Source: an uncultured Chloroflexia bacterium (GTDB lineage: Bacteria; Chloroflexota; Limnocylindria; Limnocylindrales; CSP1-4). From it: a DNA stretch of 64,000 bases. A program made the translations under genes and the position numbers. The notes below the pieces were generated by a model. The model did not search any database. It saw nothing but the letters and a program-made list of their open reading frames with translations, and had not been told where the DNA came from. Positions 9,035 through 30,720 of the stretch are shown here, piece by piece. The stretch's first letter is position 1. Each line of letters opens with the position of its first letter. The stretch lies in contig CAWEYL010000001.1 in the NCBI GenBank assembly GCA_963813335.1, forward strand, positions 288,001 to 352,000, written 5' to 3'.

Positions 9035-10901
9035 CAAGCCGCGCAACGACGATCCAGACCGCCGTCCGAGACCCAGCGGTGGGGGGAAGGGGCACGGCGG
9101 TGCGCCGCGGTCGGGTCCACCCCGCTCCGGCGCGCCACGGTCCGGTCCGCCGCGGTCCGGCCCGCCGCGCTCGGGACCGCCCCGATCAGGGCCGCCCGGT
9201 CGCCCGCCTGGCGCCTACGAACCCGATCGCCGTCCGCCCGGCGGCAGCTTCGACGGCCCACCGCGCCACGGCGCACCGCGCCACGACGGTCCGCCGCGGC
9301 CGTACGACCGTGGGCCGCGTCGCCCGCCGGGACCCCCGTCGGACCGGCGGCCACCCCAGCATCGCGGCGGCCCGTCCGACGGGCCGCCGGAGCACCGCGG
9401 CCACCGGCCTCCGGACCATGCCGCCGACCGATCGACCTACGACCGGCCGTTCCGCTCGGACGACCGACCGCGACCCCCCGATCGCGACCGACCGTTCGAA
9501 CGCGGCCGTCCTCCGGACCACCGGCGTCCGCCGGACCGCGGCCGCCCGCCCGGCTACGACCGCCCGCGCGGTCCCGGCCGACCAGGTCCGTGGGCCCGCG
9601 ACGCGCGTCCCCCCTATCCGGGTCGCGGACCCGGCCCACGGCCGGACCGACCGTTCCAGCCGACGCCGGCGCTGCCCCCGCCCGACCTCATCGGCGCGGA
9701 TGAGGAGCTGATCGCCGGCCGCCGTCCGGTCGAGGAGGCCTTCGCCGCTCGCCGGGAGGCCCGCCGCCTGCTCGTCGTGCCGCAACGCCGCCAGGCCCTC
9801 GAGCGCCTCGTGCTCCATGCCACGAGCCTGCGCATCCCCATCGTCGAGCTGGAGGGCGGGTCGCTGACGGCGCTCGCGGGCTTCGACGGCCATCAGGGGA
9901 TCGGGCTCGTCGTCGCGCCGCGGCAGTGGGCGACCATCGAGGACATCCTTGCCCGCGCCCTCGAGCGCGGCGAGCCACCGTTCGTGCTGGTCCTGGACTC
10001 GCTCGAGGATCCGCAGAACGTCGGGACCCTCCTGCGCAGCGCCGAGGCCGCGGGGATCCACGGGGTCCTCTTCCCGACCCACCGCCAGGCGCCGCTCACC
10101 CCCTCCGCGGTGAAAGCCTCGGCGGGAGCGACCGAGCACCTCCTGCTCTGCCCGGTCGATGACCTCGCCGGCGGGCTTGCCGACCTCCATGTGCGCGGCC
10201 TGCGGGTCGCGGGCGCCGAGGCCGACGCCGCGCTCACGGTCCGGCAGAGCGACCTTCGCGGACCGCTGGCCATCGTGGTCGGGAGCGAGGGCCAGGGCCT
10301 CGGTCCGGCCGTGCGTCGGCGCTGCGACCTGTTCATGCGGATCCCCATGCGCGGGGCGATCGGTTCGCTGAACGCCGCGGTCGCGGGGTCGATCCTGCTC
10401 TTCGAGGCCTTGTCGCAGCGAGACCCGGACGGTCGCTCGACGCCGCCGCTGCCCTTCGATGCCCCGAGGATGTCCGAACCCGACGAGGCGGCACGCGTGG
10501 ACGGCTCCGCCGACGCAGACGCGATCGCCGGCGCGACGGCCGCGGAGGAGGTCGTGGCCGCCACCGTGCCGCCATCGAAACGGACGCGGCCGGCGAAGGC
10601 CGCGGGCCCGGTCAGGGTCGAGAAGCCGGCCAGGGCGGCAGCGCCAACCAAGGCCGCGACGGCAACGAAGGCCGAGAAGCCGGCCAAGGCCGAGAAGCCG
10701 GTCAAGGCCGACAAGCCACCGAAGGCCGACAAGCCACCGAAGGCCGAGAAGGCACCGAAGGCCGGAAAGCCAGCCAAGGCCGCGAAGCCGGCCAAGGCGA
10801 CGTCGCCGGTCCACGACGACCTGCTTCCCGGCGAGCCGGCAGCGCCGCCGTCCGCCCCGCCGGCGGCGAGGACGAGGAAGCCGCGCACCCCCCGCGCTTG
10901 A
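9027..10901 (+). CDS. rlmB: 23S rRNA (Gm2251) 2'-O-methyltransferase RlmB with long N- and C-terminal disordered extensions
   Basis: HQGI, LDSLEDPQNVGTLLRSA, KASAGA, VGSEGQGL, SLNAAVA SPOUT motifs; GTG at 9027 overlaps the cysS stop. Confidence 0.9.
   Translation: MADKPRNDDPDRRPRPSGGGKGHGGAPRSGPPRSGAPRSGPPRSGPPRSGPPRSGPPGRPPGAYEPDRRPPGGSFDGPPRHGAPRHDGPPRPYDRGPRRPPGPPSDRRPPQHRGGPSDGPPEHRGHRPPDHAADRSTYDRPFRSDDRPRPPDRDRPFERGRPPDHRRPPDRGRPPGYDRPRGPGRPGPWARDARPPYPGRGPGPRPDRPFQPTPALPPPDLIGADEELIAGRRPVEEAFAARREARRLLVVPQRRQALERLVLHATSLRIPIVELEGGSLTALAGFDGHQGIGLVVAPRQWATIEDILARALERGEPPFVLVLDSLEDPQNVGTLLRSAEAAGIHGVLFPTHRQAPLTPSAVKASAGATEHLLLCPVDDLAGGLADLHVRGLRVAGAEADAALTVRQSDLRGPLAIVVGSEGQGLGPAVRRRCDLFMRIPMRGAIGSLNAAVAGSILLFEALSQRDPDGRSTPPLPFDAPRMSEPDEAARVDGSADADAIAGATAAEEVVAATVPPSKRTRPAKAAGPVRVEKPARAAAPTKAATATKAEKPAKAEKPVKADKPPKADKPPKAEKAPKAGKPAKAAKPAKATSPVHDDLLPGEPAAPPSAPPAARTRKPRTPRA
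9105..9194 (+). repeat. 6 x 15-bp coding repeat (PRSG[PA])
   Basis: Six consecutive units with synonymous codon variation. Confidence 0.85.
10668..10793 (+). repeat. 7 x 18-bp coding repeat (KAxKP[APV]-like), histone H1-like
   Basis: aaggccgagaagccggcc-like units in tandem. Confidence 0.85.
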
Positions 10902-10927
10902 CCGGTCCCCGCAGGCGGCCATATCAT
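10898..10927 (+). promoter_or_regulatory. Sigma70-type promoter of the tRNA-tuf operon
   Basis: TTGACC-N18-TATCAT; the -35 overlaps the rlmB stop codon. Confidence 0.65.
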
Positions 10928-10975
10928 TCCCCGGCGCCGGAATCTGGTCCTCTGCGGTAAGGCCTTGCCCGTCGC

Positions 10976-11051
10976 GCCGACGTAGCTCAATTGGTAGAGC
11001 AGCGGTTTTGTAAACCGCAGGTTCCGGGTTCGAGTCCCGTCGTCGGCTCCA
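10976..11051 (+). tRNA. tRNA-Thr(TGT)
   Basis: Acceptor GCCGACG/CGTCGGC, anticodon arm gcggt-tt-TGT-aa-accgc, TTCGA, encoded CCA. Confidence 0.97.
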
Positions 11052-11117
11052 GCGCACATCCAATCGGTGGCCGGATCCACCTCGGGCCGCAGCTCGATCC
11101 GGCGCCGCCGCCACAGT

Positions 11118-11199
11118 GGGTCGGTTGAGCAACGGCGGCTCGCCTGGCTGTAGACCAGGTCCGAAAGGCATGGGGGTTCGAATCCCTCCCGGCCCACCA
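11118..11199 (+). tRNA. tRNA-Tyr(GTA)
   Basis: Acceptor GGGTCGG/CCGGCCC, anticodon arm cctgg-ct-GTA-ga-ccagg, short variable arm, ACCA end. Confidence 0.94.
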
Positions 11200-11228
11200 T
11201 TTTCGACATCTCTCGCGCTAGCTCCCGG

Positions 11229-11304
11229 GCCCACATAGCTCAGCTGGCAGAGCACTTCCTTGGTAAGGAAGAGGTCATCGGTTCGAGTCCGATTGTGGGC
11301 TCCA
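11229..11304 (+). tRNA. tRNA-Thr(GGT)
   Basis: Acceptor GCCCACA/TGTGGGC, cttcc-tt-GGT-aa-ggaag, CCA end. Confidence 0.97.
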
Positions 11305-11380
11305 CCCACTGTCGGCTGAGCCGATCGGGGGAGCCCCGGTCCACAGCGGCATCGCCGCGACAGAAGGAGTACACGGTCAC

Positions 11381-12577
<1,197 letters not shown>

Positions 12578-12584
12578 GGACGAG

Positions 12585-12749
12585 ATGGCGAAGGTCGAAG
12601 CCCGTCCCACGATCCAGCTCGCCTGCACCGAGTGCAAGGAGCGGACGTACACGACGCGAAAGAACAAGCGCAACGATCCCAACCGGATCGAGCTCCAGAA
12701 ATACTGCCCACGCTGTCGACGCCATACACTGCACCGTGAGGCCAAGTAA
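12585..12749 (+). CDS. rpmG: 50S ribosomal protein L33 (Zn-ribbon type; missing from the ORF track)
   Basis: Manual translation [54 protein letters not shown]. Confidence 0.96.
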   Translation: MAKVEARPTIQLACTECKERTYTTRKNKRNDPNRIELQKYCPRCRRHTLHREAK

Positions 12750-12765
12750 GCCAGGCCTCCACCGC

Positions 12766-12841
12766 AGGGGTGTAGCTCAATTGGCAGAGCACTGGTCTCC
12801 AAAACCAGCGGTTGTAGGTTCGAGTCCTATCGCCCCTGCCA
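12766..12841 (+). tRNA. tRNA-Trp(CCA)
   Basis: Acceptor AGGGGTG/CGCCCCT, ctggt-ct-CCA-aa-accag, CCA end; usual rpmG-trnW-secE position. Confidence 0.97.
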
Positions 12842-12875
12842 CTTCCGCCCGTAGCCGAAGAGAAGAACCACCGAC

Positions 12876-13064
12876 GTGAAGCGCATCCGCCGATACTTCA
12901 GTGAAGTCGTGTCAGAACTCCGCAAGGTGTCCTGGCCGACGCTCGAGCAGGTCCGCAACCTGACCGTGCTGGTCTTCGCCATCAGCTTCGTGATCGGGCT
13001 CTACATCACTGTCCTCGACAGCTTCTTCCGAGGCGTCGTCGGCATTCTGGCCACGGCCGGCTAG
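12876..13064 (+). CDS. secE: Preprotein translocase SecE
   Basis: [10 protein letters not shown] motif plus a single TM helix. Confidence 0.93.
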   Translation: MKRIRRYFSEVVSELRKVSWPTLEQVRNLTVLVFAISFVIGLYITVLDSFFRGVVGILATAG

Positions 13065-13074
13065 GACGACGACG

Positions 13075-13647
13075 ATGACCGAGATGACGATCGAGACCCG
13101 GACGCCGGAGAAGCGCTGGTACGTGATCCACACGTACTCCGGGTACGAGAACAAGGTGAAGGCCAACCTCGAGCACCGCATCGAGTCGATGGGCATGGAG
13201 GACAAGATCTTCCAGGTTCTCGTCCCGATGGAGGACGAGATCGAGATCCGCCAGGGTCAGCGCCACACCGTCCAGAAGAAGGTCTACCCGGGCTACGTCC
13301 TCGTCGAGATGATCCTCGACCCGGACAGCTGGTTCGTCGTCCGCAACACGCCGGGCGTGACCAGCTTCGTCGGCGGCGCCAACATCCCGGGCGTCCGCAG
13401 CGAGCCCATCCCCCTCGACGAGAACGAGGTCAAGCAGATCCTGCGGCACATGGGCGTCGAGACGCCCAAGTTCCGCGTCGCCTTCACCAAGGGCCAGAGC
13501 GTCCGGGTCACCGACGGGCCGTTCGCCGAGTTCATCGGCACGGTCGACGAGGTCAACCCCGAGCGCAACAAGGTCAAGGTGCTGGTGAGCATCTTCGGCC
13601 GCGAGACCCCCGTCGAACTCGACTTCCTGCAAGTCGAGAAACTCTAG
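13075..13647 (+). CDS. nusG: Transcription factor NusG
   Basis: [26 protein letters not shown] domain, [10 protein letters not shown]. Confidence 0.97.
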   Translation: MTEMTIETRTPEKRWYVIHTYSGYENKVKANLEHRIESMGMEDKIFQVLVPMEDEIEIRQGQRHTVQKKVYPGYVLVEMILDPDSWFVVRNTPGVTSFVGGANIPGVRSEPIPLDENEVKQILRHMGVETPKFRVAFTKGQSVRVTDGPFAEFIGTVDEVNPERNKVKVLVSIFGRETPVELDFLQVEKL

Positions 13648-13665
13648 AAAGGAACCGCGAGCCCC

Positions 13666-14091
13666 GTGGCCAAGAAGATCCGCATCGTCCTGACCCTGCA
13701 GCTGCCGGCCGGCAAGGCGACCCCCGCCCCGCCCGTCGGCACCGCGCTGGGCCCGCACGGCATCAACATCGTCGAGTTCACGAAGTCCTACAACGAGAAG
13801 ACCGCTGACAAGTCGGGCCAGATCATCCCGGCCCAGATCACGATCTTCGAGGACCGCTCGTTCTCGTTCATCCTCAAGACCCCACCCGCCGCGGACCTGC
13901 TCCGCAAGGCGGCCGGCGTCGAGAAGGGGACCGGGACCGCCAAGCGCGAGACCGTCGGCCGGGTCACCCGCGACCAGGTCCGCGAGATCGCGGCGATCAA
14001 GATGGTCGACCTCAACGCCAACGACGTCGAGGCCGCCGCCCGCCAGATCGAGGGCACGGCCCGAAGCATGGGCATCGAGGTCGTCAACTAG
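13666..14091 (+). CDS. rplK: 50S ribosomal protein L11
   Basis: [22 protein letters not shown]. Confidence 0.97.
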   Translation: MAKKIRIVLTLQLPAGKATPAPPVGTALGPHGINIVEFTKSYNEKTADKSGQIIPAQITIFEDRSFSFILKTPPAADLLRKAAGVEKGTGTAKRETVGRVTRDQVREIAAIKMVDLNANDVEAAARQIEGTARSMGIEVVN

Positions 14092-14194
14092 GCGGTCCGC
14101 CCGCCAGCGACGCGCGACCGGCCGCGCAGACCAGCCGGACGCCCACCCCGCGCAAGGGGGAGGTCGGGCTCGACCCGACCGCCAGGAGGTTCAC

Positions 14195-14899
14195 ATGGCA
14201 CACGGCAAGAAGTACACCGAGGCGGCGAAGCTCGTCGAGCACGGCCGCGTCTACGAGCCCGCCGAGGCGGTCGAGCTCGCCAAGCAGACCACGACGGTCT
14301 CGTTCGACGCGACCATCGAGGCGCACCTGCGGCTCGGGGTCGACCCCCGTCATGCGGACCAGCTCGTCCGTGGCACGGTCGTGCTCCCGCACGGCACCGG
14401 CAAGGTCGTCCGCGTGGCGGTGTTCGCCACCGGCGAGAAGGCCCAGGAGGCGCTGCGCGCCGGCGCCGACGAGGTCGGCGGCGACGACCTGGTCAAGAAG
14501 ATCGAGGCCGGCTGGCTCGAGTTCGACGTCGCCCTCGCGACCCCCGACTCGATGGGCCTGGTCGGCAAGCTCGGCAAGATCCTCGGCCGCCGCGGCCTGA
14601 TGCCGAACCCCAAGGCCGGGACCATCACCTTCGACCTCGAGCGGGCGATCAAGGAAGTCAAGGCCGGCCGCGTCGAGTACAAGGTCGACAAGGCCGGGAT
14701 CGTCCACGTGGCGGTCGGGCGCAGCAGCTTCGAGGCCAGCGCCCTGCTCGAGAACCTCGCGACCCTGGTCGACGCGGTCAACCGCGCCAAGCCCTCGGGC
14801 GCCAAGGGCCAGTACCTCAAGACCCTCACGATCGCCAGCACGATGGGCCCGGGCATCCGGGTCGACCTGCCGGGCGTCCTGGCCGCCGCGGCGGCCTGA
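14195..14899 (+). CDS. rplA: 50S ribosomal protein L1
   Basis: [23 protein letters not shown]. Confidence 0.97.
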   Translation: MAHGKKYTEAAKLVEHGRVYEPAEAVELAKQTTTVSFDATIEAHLRLGVDPRHADQLVRGTVVLPHGTGKVVRVAVFATGEKAQEALRAGADEVGGDDLVKKIEAGWLEFDVALATPDSMGLVGKLGKILGRRGLMPNPKAGTITFDLERAIKEVKAGRVEYKVDKAGIVHVAVGRSSFEASALLENLATLVDAVNRAKPSGAKGQYLKTLTIASTMGPGIRVDLPGVLAAAAA

Positions 14900-14977
14900 C
14901 CCACCGGCCGGCGGGTCGCCGGCCACCAGACGCGATGACAGCCGAGAGGCCGGTCATCTGACCAGATAGACGGACCG

Positions 14978-15108
14978 CCGCAGACAGCCTGCGCCCGCGG
15001 ACCGCTGACGACTCGAACAGTCGCCAACGGTCGGGGCTTGATCCGCCGGACCGGACCGGGACCCACCCGCAGGGGAGGGGACCGGGGACGACGACGAGCA
15101 CGCCGAGG
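14978..15108 (+). promoter_or_regulatory. Probable L10 leader (autogenous control element), with expanded internal helices
   Basis: CCGCAGACAGC...GCCGAGG kink-turn-like ends resemble the L10-leader consensus; upstream of rplJ. Confidence 0.55.
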
Positions 15109-15267
15109 CAGATCGGTGCCGCACACCCTCCCGGGTGGGCTGCGCCCCTGCGAGTGGGGTCGACCTCCGCCGAGGAGGTGGACCGGGGCCGTCGCAGGGG
15201 CCACCCGACCACGACGTCGGGCGTCCACCGCCGCACGCCGGCTGCGTGCCGCACGAAGGAGGGCCAC

Positions 15268-15798
15268 ATGCCCACGGAGGCCAAACAGGCCACGGTCGCC
15301 GAGCTGCGCGAGGATCTCGCCAACAGCCGGACGCTGATCGTGTCCGAGTACCGCGGCCTCAAGGTGAAGGAGATCGCCGAGATCCGGCGCGCCCTGCGCA
15401 AGCAGGACGTCAGCTATCGCGTGGTCAAGAACCGGCTGATGCGCATCGCCGCCGAGGATTCGGTCGGCGAGGCCCTGAGCCCGCTCCTGACCGGCCCGAC
15501 CGCCATCGCGTTCGGGAACGACGAAGCCGGGACTGCCAAGGCCGTCCTCGAGGCCACCCGCCCGTACAACAAGATCGTGCGGATCACGGGTGCCGTCCTG
15601 GGCGATACGGCGATCGACGCCGACGCCGTCACGCGATTGGCCGCACTGCCGTCGCGCGAGATCCTGCTGGCCAAGCTGGCCGGTGGGATGCAGGCGCCGG
15701 TCGCGACCCTGGCCGGGCTCTTCGCCGCGCCGCTGCGCAACCTGGGCTACGCCCTCGCGCAGGTGGCCGAGCAGAAGGCCAAGGCCGGCGACGCGTAG
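15268..15798 (+). CDS. rplJ: 50S ribosomal protein L10
   Basis: ATG after an AAGGAGG RBS; EYRGL, VVKNRL, LPSRE motifs. Confidence 0.95.
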   Translation: MPTEAKQATVAELREDLANSRTLIVSEYRGLKVKEIAEIRRALRKQDVSYRVVKNRLMRIAAEDSVGEALSPLLTGPTAIAFGNDEAGTAKAVLEATRPYNKIVRITGAVLGDTAIDADAVTRLAALPSREILLAKLAGGMQAPVATLAGLFAAPLRNLGYALAQVAEQKAKAGDA

Positions 15799-15853
15799 CG
15801 CCCCTCACCTGACCCACCACGACACCGATACCCGACCAAGGAGACGACCAGAC

Positions 15854-16255
15854 ATGGCTGCCAAGACCCAGGACGAGCTGCTCGACGCGATCGACAAGAT
15901 GACCGTGCTCGAGCTGTCCGAGTTCATCAAGAAGTTCGAAGAGCGCTACGGCGTGACCGCTGCGGCCCCGGCCGCCGTGGCCGCCGCCCCGGCCGCCGCC
16001 GGTGGCGACACCGGTGCCGCCGCCGCGGCCGGCGCCGAGGAGCAGACCGAGTTCACCGCGACCCTGACCGAGATCGGGCCGAACAAGATCCCGGTCATCA
16101 AGGTCGTCCGCGAGCTGACCGGCCTGGGCCTCAAGGAGGCCAAGGATCTCGTCGACGCCGCGCCCAAGGCCGTCAAGGAAGGCGTGACCAAGGACGAGGC
16201 CGAGAAGATCAAGGCCGCCATCGAAGAGCAGGGGGGCAAGGTCGAGATCAAGTAG
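15854..16255 (+). CDS. rplL: 50S ribosomal protein L7/L12
   Basis: MTVLELSE, Ala hinge, [23 protein letters not shown]. Confidence 0.97.
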   Translation: MAAKTQDELLDAIDKMTVLELSEFIKKFEERYGVTAAAPAAVAAAPAAAGGDTGAAAAAGAEEQTEFTATLTEIGPNKIPVIKVVRELTGLGLKEAKDLVDAAPKAVKEGVTKDEAEKIKAAIEEQGGKVEIK

Positions 16256-16270
16256 GCGGCACTGTTGGTG

Positions 16271-16391
16271 GCCGGCGGGCTGGGCGGCGCATCCGTGCGT
16301 TGCCCGCTCCGCCGGTCGCTCACGCACCTTGGGGTGCGCTCGCTCCCTTGCTCGCTGGCGCCTTCGGGCTGCATCCGCCCCGCCTGCCGGC
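16271..16391 (+). repeat. Interspersed ~120-bp hairpin element, copy 1
   Basis: Core GCGTTG..CTCCGC..TCGCTCACGCACC-ttgg-GGTGCGCTCGCTCC..TGCTCG..CGCCTTCG shared with 44780-44898 (-) and 46539-46658. Confidence 0.9.
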
Positions 16392-16503
16392 TTCGCGGTA
16401 CTGATGAGGAATCAAGCTGGCCGGCTTCGCGGATCTTGCCAACGTCGTATCGACCCGAGCTCCGGAATCCCGAAATGGGCCCCTTTACCAGAACTGGGGC
16501 CAT

Positions 16504-16531
16504 TTGACAAGATGAGGAATCGCGATATCCT
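16504..16531 (+). promoter_or_regulatory. Sigma70-type promoter for rpoBC
   Basis: TTGACA-N16-TATCCT about 60 nt before rpoB. Confidence 0.7.
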
Positions 16532-16592
16532 ACTCCTTCTGTGAGCGCGGCCCTCTTCCCCCTTCCTAGCCTCCGTCAAGGAGTGGTGCTTC

Positions 16593-20072
<3,480 letters not shown>

Positions 20073-20192
20073 CCGCCCTGCACCCGTACCCGTCCCTGAA
20101 CCACCCGCGGCGCCGCGTTTCGGCCGGCACGACGCCGCTCGCTCACGGTCCGCATCGTGTCGCCGAGCCAGACGGCGGCGCGGAGGAGAACC

Positions 20193-24704
<4,512 letters not shown>

Positions 24705-24730
24705 TCCGGGGGCCCCAGCGGGCCCTCGCG

Positions 24731-24776
24731 GCGGCCCGCCGAGCGTTTGACACGCTCAGCGGGCCGCTGATAGACT
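24731..24776 (+). promoter_or_regulatory. str operon promoter with its -35 in the loop of an inverted repeat (possibly also the rpoC terminator)
   Basis: TTGACA(24747)-N18-TAGACT(24771) with extended TG; arms GCGGCCCGC.GAGCGT / ACGCTC.GCGGGCCGC. Confidence 0.65.
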
Positions 24777-24958
24777 CCGCCTTCGTGGCCTCGGGAGGGG
24801 TCCGCCAGCGGCGTGCGCGCCGCAGACCACCTGACCACAGCATCCTGAAACCCTGAACCGGTCCCCGCCGGTCGCCCCCCAGGCGATCGTGCCTCACCGG
24901 ACCGGCCGGTCGGCGACGACCGTGACCTGATCACTTCGACGAGAGGAGCAGCGTTTTC

Positions 24959-25387
24959 GTGCCGACGATCAGCCAGCTCGTGCGACATGGTCGCCAGCGC
25001 AAGATCTCGAAGATCAAGGCGCCGGCGATGCGCAAGAACTGGAACAGCCTGCGGCAGCGCCAGGTACCCATCCCCGGCGCCCCCCAGAAGCGGGGTGTCT
25101 GCCTGCAGGTCCGGACGATGACGCCCAAGAAGCCGAACTCGGCGCTGCGCAAGATCGCGCGCGTGCGGCTGACCAACCAGATGGAGGTCACGGCCTACAT
25201 CCCCGGGATCGGCCACAACCTCCAGGAGCACTCGGTCGTCCTCGTCCGCGGCGGCCGCGTGAAGGACCTCCCTTCGGTCAAGTACCACATCATCCGCGGC
25301 ACCCTCGACGCCGCCGGCGTGCGCGACCGCAAGCAGGGCCGCAGCAAGTACGGCGCGAAGGCCAGCGCGAAGCCGGGGGCCCGCTGA
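24959..25387 (+). CDS. rpsL: 30S ribosomal protein S12
   Basis: [19 protein letters not shown]. Confidence 0.97.
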   Translation: MPTISQLVRHGRQRKISKIKAPAMRKNWNSLRQRQVPIPGAPQKRGVCLQVRTMTPKKPNSALRKIARVRLTNQMEVTAYIPGIGHNLQEHSVVLVRGGRVKDLPSVKYHIIRGTLDAAGVRDRKQGRSKYGAKASAKPGAR

Positions 25388-25388
25388 C

Positions 25389-25856
25389 ATGCCGCGCCGA
25401 ACGAGCATCCCGCGCAAGACCAAGTACGAGACGGTCCCGGCCAACCGCCTGACCGCCCGCTTCTCGGCGAAGCTGATGAAGGGCGGCAAGCAGAACCTGG
25501 CCGAGCGGATCCTCCGCCAGGCCCTGGCCCGGGCCGAGGCCCAGGCGTCGCGCCCCGGCCTCGAGATCCTCGAGGCGGCGATGCGCAACGCCACCCCCAT
25601 CATCGAAGTCAAGCCGCGCCGCGTCGGCGGCGCCACGTATCAGGTCCCGGTCGAGATCCGGGGCGATCGCCGCATGTCGCTCGGGGTCCGCTGGCTCGTC
25701 CAGGCGGCCCGCAAGCGCAACGGCAAGAGCATGAGCGAGAAGCTCGCCGCCGAGTTCGTCGATGCCATGAATGGCCTCGGCGCCGCGGTGAAGCGTCGCG
25801 AAGACACGCACAAGATGGCGGACGCCAACAAGGCGTTCAGCCATTTCAAGTGGTAG
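25389..25856 (+). CDS. rpsG: 30S ribosomal protein S7
   Basis: [23 protein letters not shown]. Confidence 0.96.
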   Translation: MPRRTSIPRKTKYETVPANRLTARFSAKLMKGGKQNLAERILRQALARAEAQASRPGLEILEAAMRNATPIIEVKPRRVGGATYQVPVEIRGDRRMSLGVRWLVQAARKRNGKSMSEKLAAEFVDAMNGLGAAVKRREDTHKMADANKAFSHFKW

Positions 25857-25875
25857 CTCGGGGAGCATAGGCACC

Positions 25876-27951
<2,076 letters not shown>

Positions 27952-27965
27952 CGGGAGCAGCCACG

Positions 27966-29162
<1,197 letters not shown>

Positions 29163-29169
29163 GGACGAG

Positions 29170-29478
29170 ATGGCGAAGCAGCGGATCCGGATCCGCCTCA
29201 AGGCCTACGATCACCGACTGCTCGATCAGTCGGCGGCCCAGATCGTCGAGACGGCCCAGCGCACCGGCGCGGACGTCGTCGGCCCCGTGCCGCTCCCGAC
29301 GCGCATCGAGAAGTTCACGGTCCTGCGCTCGCCGTTCATCGACAAGGACAGCCGGGAGCAGTTCGAGATCCGCACCCACAAGCGGCTCGTGGACATCCTG
29401 GACCCCTCGTCGAAGACGGTCGACGCCCTGATGCGACTCAGCCTGGCGGCTGGCGTCGACATCGAGATCAAGATGTGA
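29170..29478 (+). CDS. rpsJ: 30S ribosomal protein S10
   Basis: [22 protein letters not shown]. Confidence 0.97.
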   Translation: MAKQRIRIRLKAYDHRLLDQSAAQIVETAQRTGADVVGPVPLPTRIEKFTVLRSPFIDKDSREQFEIRTHKRLVDILDPSSKTVDALMRLSLAAGVDIEIKM

Positions 29479-30092
29479 TGGGCAACATCGGACTGATCGG
29501 CCGCAAGGTCGGCATGACCCAGGTCTTCGAGGACGACGGCACCATGGTCGCCGTCTCCGTCGTGTCCATCGAGCCCAACACCGTCACGCGCCTGCGCACG
29601 ACGGACCGGGACGGCTACACGGCCGTCCAGCTCGGCACGGAGGTGGCCCGGAAGCTGTCCAAGCCCGAGACCGGCCAGCTCAAGGACCTGCCCAAGGTGG
29701 CGACGATCCGCGAGTTCCGCGTCGACGACGTCGGAGCGTACGAGGTCGGCCAGACCGTCGCGATCAGCGACCTGTTCGCCGTGGGCGACGAGGTCGACGT
29801 GACGGGCGTCTCGAAGGGCAAGGGCTTCGCCGGCCACATCAAGCGCCACAACTTCCACCGCGGGCCCAAGACCCACGGCTCCGACCACCATCGCGAGCCC
29901 GGCTCGATCGGCCCCGGCACCACCCCCGGTCGCGTCTACCGAGGCCTGAAGATGGCCGGCCACATGGGCGACGAGCGGACGACCATCAAGAAGGTGCGCG
30001 TCGTGCGCACCGACACCGATCGCAACCTGCTGCTGGTCAAGGGGAGCCTCCCCGGCGCGCGCGGCTCATTGATCCTCGTGAAGAAGGCCTGA
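29478..30092 (+). CDS. rplC: 50S ribosomal protein L3
   Basis: [24 protein letters not shown]. Confidence 0.97.
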   Translation: MGNIGLIGRKVGMTQVFEDDGTMVAVSVVSIEPNTVTRLRTTDRDGYTAVQLGTEVARKLSKPETGQLKDLPKVATIREFRVDDVGAYEVGQTVAISDLFAVGDEVDVTGVSKGKGFAGHIKRHNFHRGPKTHGSDHHREPGSIGPGTTPGRVYRGLKMAGHMGDERTTIKKVRVVRTDTDRNLLLVKGSLPGARGSLILVKKA

Positions 30093-30096
30093 CGCG

Positions 30097-30720
30097 ATGC
30101 CGCAGACCAACCTGTACGACCGGACGGGCAAGACCGTCGGCAGCGTGGAGCTCAGCGACGAGCTCTTCGCTGCGCCGATCAACGCCGCCGTCCTCCACCA
30201 GGTCGTGACCGCCCAGCTCGCCGGTCGCCGGACCGGCACGGCCGACACCAAGACCCGCGGCGAGGTCCGCGGCGGCGGCCGCAAGCCGTACCGCCAGAAG
30301 GGCACCGGCCGCGCCCGCCAGGGCACCGTCAGCGCCCCGCACTACCGTGGCGGCGGCGCGGTGTTCGGCCCGCACCCGCGCTCCTACGAGCAGCGCCTGC
30401 CGCGCAAGATGAAGCGGCTGGCCCTGCGCGGCGCGCTCACCGCCAAGTTCGGCGACGAGGCGATCATGGTCATCGACTCGTTCGGGCTCGAGGCGGTCAA
30501 GACGCGCGACCTGGCCGGCGTGCTCGGCGCCCTCAAGGCGTCGGGTCACGTGCTGGTCGTGTCGCCGGCGCGCGACGAGAAGCTCCAGCTGTCGGCGCGC
30601 AACCTGCCGACCGTCGAGATCATCCTCGCCGACTCGCTCAACGTCGTCGACCTGCTGAAGGCCGATGTCGTGCTCATCGAGGAGGCCTCCCTGGCCCGGA
30701 TGCAGGAGGTCTACGCATGA
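30097..30720 (+). CDS. rplD: 50S ribosomal protein L4
   Basis: [14 protein letters not shown]. Confidence 0.97.
   Translation: MPQTNLYDRTGKTVGSVELSDELFAAPINAAVLHQVVTAQLAGRRTGTADTKTRGEVRGGGRKPYRQKGTGRARQGTVSAPHYRGGGAVFGPHPRSYEQRLPRKMKRLALRGALTAKFGDEAIMVIDSFGLEAVKTRDLAGVLGALKASGHVLVVSPARDEKLQLSARNLPTVEIILADSLNVVDLLKADVVLIEEASLARMQEVYA

Noticed and set aside
9105-10793. Tandem repeats as a possible CRISPR array or non-coding VNTR
   Set aside because: The units are multiples of 3, in frame, vary at synonymous sites and have no spacers. No cas genes are present.
14092-14194. Possible L1-binding site before rplA (GGGAG plus the hairpin ggtcggg/cccgacc)
   Set aside because: The position is suggestive, but I could not fit the canonical L1 internal-loop consensus by eye.
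16401-16510. Possible hammerhead ribozyme (CTGATGA ... GAAA followed by a stem)
   Set aside because: Stem II and stem I cannot be paired convincingly, and the region is better explained as the rpoB promoter.
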